Assembly (NCBI GenBank): GCA_900319465.1
Contig: ONOL01000001.1
Coordinates: 32,843-96,842 of the forward strand
Length of the DNA stretch: 64,000 bases
Reading direction: 5' to 3'
Source: an uncultured Eubacteriales bacterium
GTDB taxonomy: Bacteria; Bacillota; Clostridia; Oscillospirales; Oscillospiraceae
Part shown: positions 61,969 through 64,000 of the stretch, in pieces
How positions within the stretch are numbered: position 1 is the stretch's first letter
Layout of the letters: each line of letters opens with the position of its first letter
Position numbers and translations under genes: made by a program
Notes under the pieces: generated by a model
The model's database searches: none
The model's input: only the letters and a program-made list of their open reading frames with translations
What the model was told of the DNA's origin: nothing

Positions 61969-62105
61969 GCCGCAAGCCTCCGAACAGTTGACTGACAATA
62001 ATCTAACAATGCATCCGGGATATTGCTTTGTTTTTCCTGTTTTTCTTCAAAAAACGGTAAGAAACAAGCTCTTTTCCCGATGGTATACTATCACGAATCT
62101 ATCCG

Positions 62106-62134
62106 ATTGTACAGCAGGAATCCGGGATTTACAA
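62106..62134 (-). promoter_or_regulatory. sigma-A-type promoter for the ligase-GH3-carrier-C-MMPL operon
   Basis: Minus strand: TTGTAA, 17 nt, TACAAT, followed by an unusually AT-rich ~130-nt leader. Confidence 0.45.
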
Positions 62135-62391
62135 GGAAAAAAAATGAGAATTCCGGCCGCCGGTTTTCGCTCCGCCCGCCGCTCTGGAAAGCGCCGCGCG
62201 TCAGCGATTCGGTTTTCCTATCCTTTCCAGACGGAAAAAATAGGGAAGAAAATGGCGCAAAACCCCCTCCCCCCTCTTTCTTCCCGGAGAGAATGGGTGT
62301 ATAATATAAAAAAACGAAAGGATCGAAGGTGATTTTTGGAAGAAACGACCAAAATCCCCGCGTCAGCGTATCCTGTGATTTCTTATTATAG

Positions 62392-64000
<1,609 letters not shown>

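Noticed and set aside
58498-61995. 1165-aa plus-strand ORF across the ligase/GH3/carrier genes. Similar long shadows occur at 52892-55753, 3937-6240, 11931-13712, 13558-15387, 18315-19985, 21867-23519 and 6377-7846.
   Set aside because: All lie antisense to, or out of frame with, genes that have strong family motifs and proper RBS/start contexts. Their amino-acid composition is the typical R/G/A/P/H/D/V-rich reverse-frame pattern.
62078-62304. nifJ promoter candidates (TGgTATACT at ~62078-62086; TATAAT at ~62299-62304)
   Set aside because: Both have poor -35 elements, and I cannot choose between them from sequence alone, so they are left unannotated.

Overview
This is a GC-rich chromosomal segment with strong GC3 codon bias. 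It comes from an endospore-forming Firmicute of the Clostridia (spoIIID, spoIIE and ypeB are present; the gene content looks Oscillospiraceae-like). Most of the window is housekeeping: rarA, trpS, gltX, pepF, glmM, cls, eda, addAB, rpmE, rpmB, efp, birA-bioY, and a partial nifJ/PFOR. There are two transport operons, a cbiMNQO-type ECF Co/Ni importer and a BMP-family nucleoside ABC importer. Because of the GC content, nearly every real gene is shadowed by long spurious ORFs on the opposite strand or in other frames. Several ORF-track entries also start too far upstream, so I re-derived starts from RBS and start-codon context. Two cis-regulatory RNAs can be read directly from the sequence. One is a glmS ribozyme on the minus strand (~21440-21592). 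It does not precede glmS; it precedes an operon of a GlmU-C-like hexapeptide transferase, nagB and glmM. The other is a guanine-class purine riboswitch (45743-45812, minus) ahead of the BMP nucleoside transporter. The least housekeeping-like region is 50.0-62.1 kb on the minus strand. It holds a five-gene cassette (acyl-AMP/CoA ligase, GH3-family amido synthetase, carrier protein, stand-alone condensation enzyme, and an MMPL exporter fused to a ~330-aa xxxLxxG heptad coiled coil with 84-nt periodic DNA repeats). A MoxR-like AAA ATPase / vWA-DUF2201-like pair follows it. I think the cassette is a lipid- or N-acyl-conjugate biosynthesis and export system, and it is my top candidate for something new. 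Other observations: a truncated kdgK remnant after eda, a 350-nt hairpin-rich insert inside the ABC operon, a duplicated 28-nt GC hairpin flanking 208 bp, a pyrimidine-tract tandem repeat, and a clear BirA operator. I found no tRNA or rRNA genes, CRISPR arrays, transposases or prophage genes.
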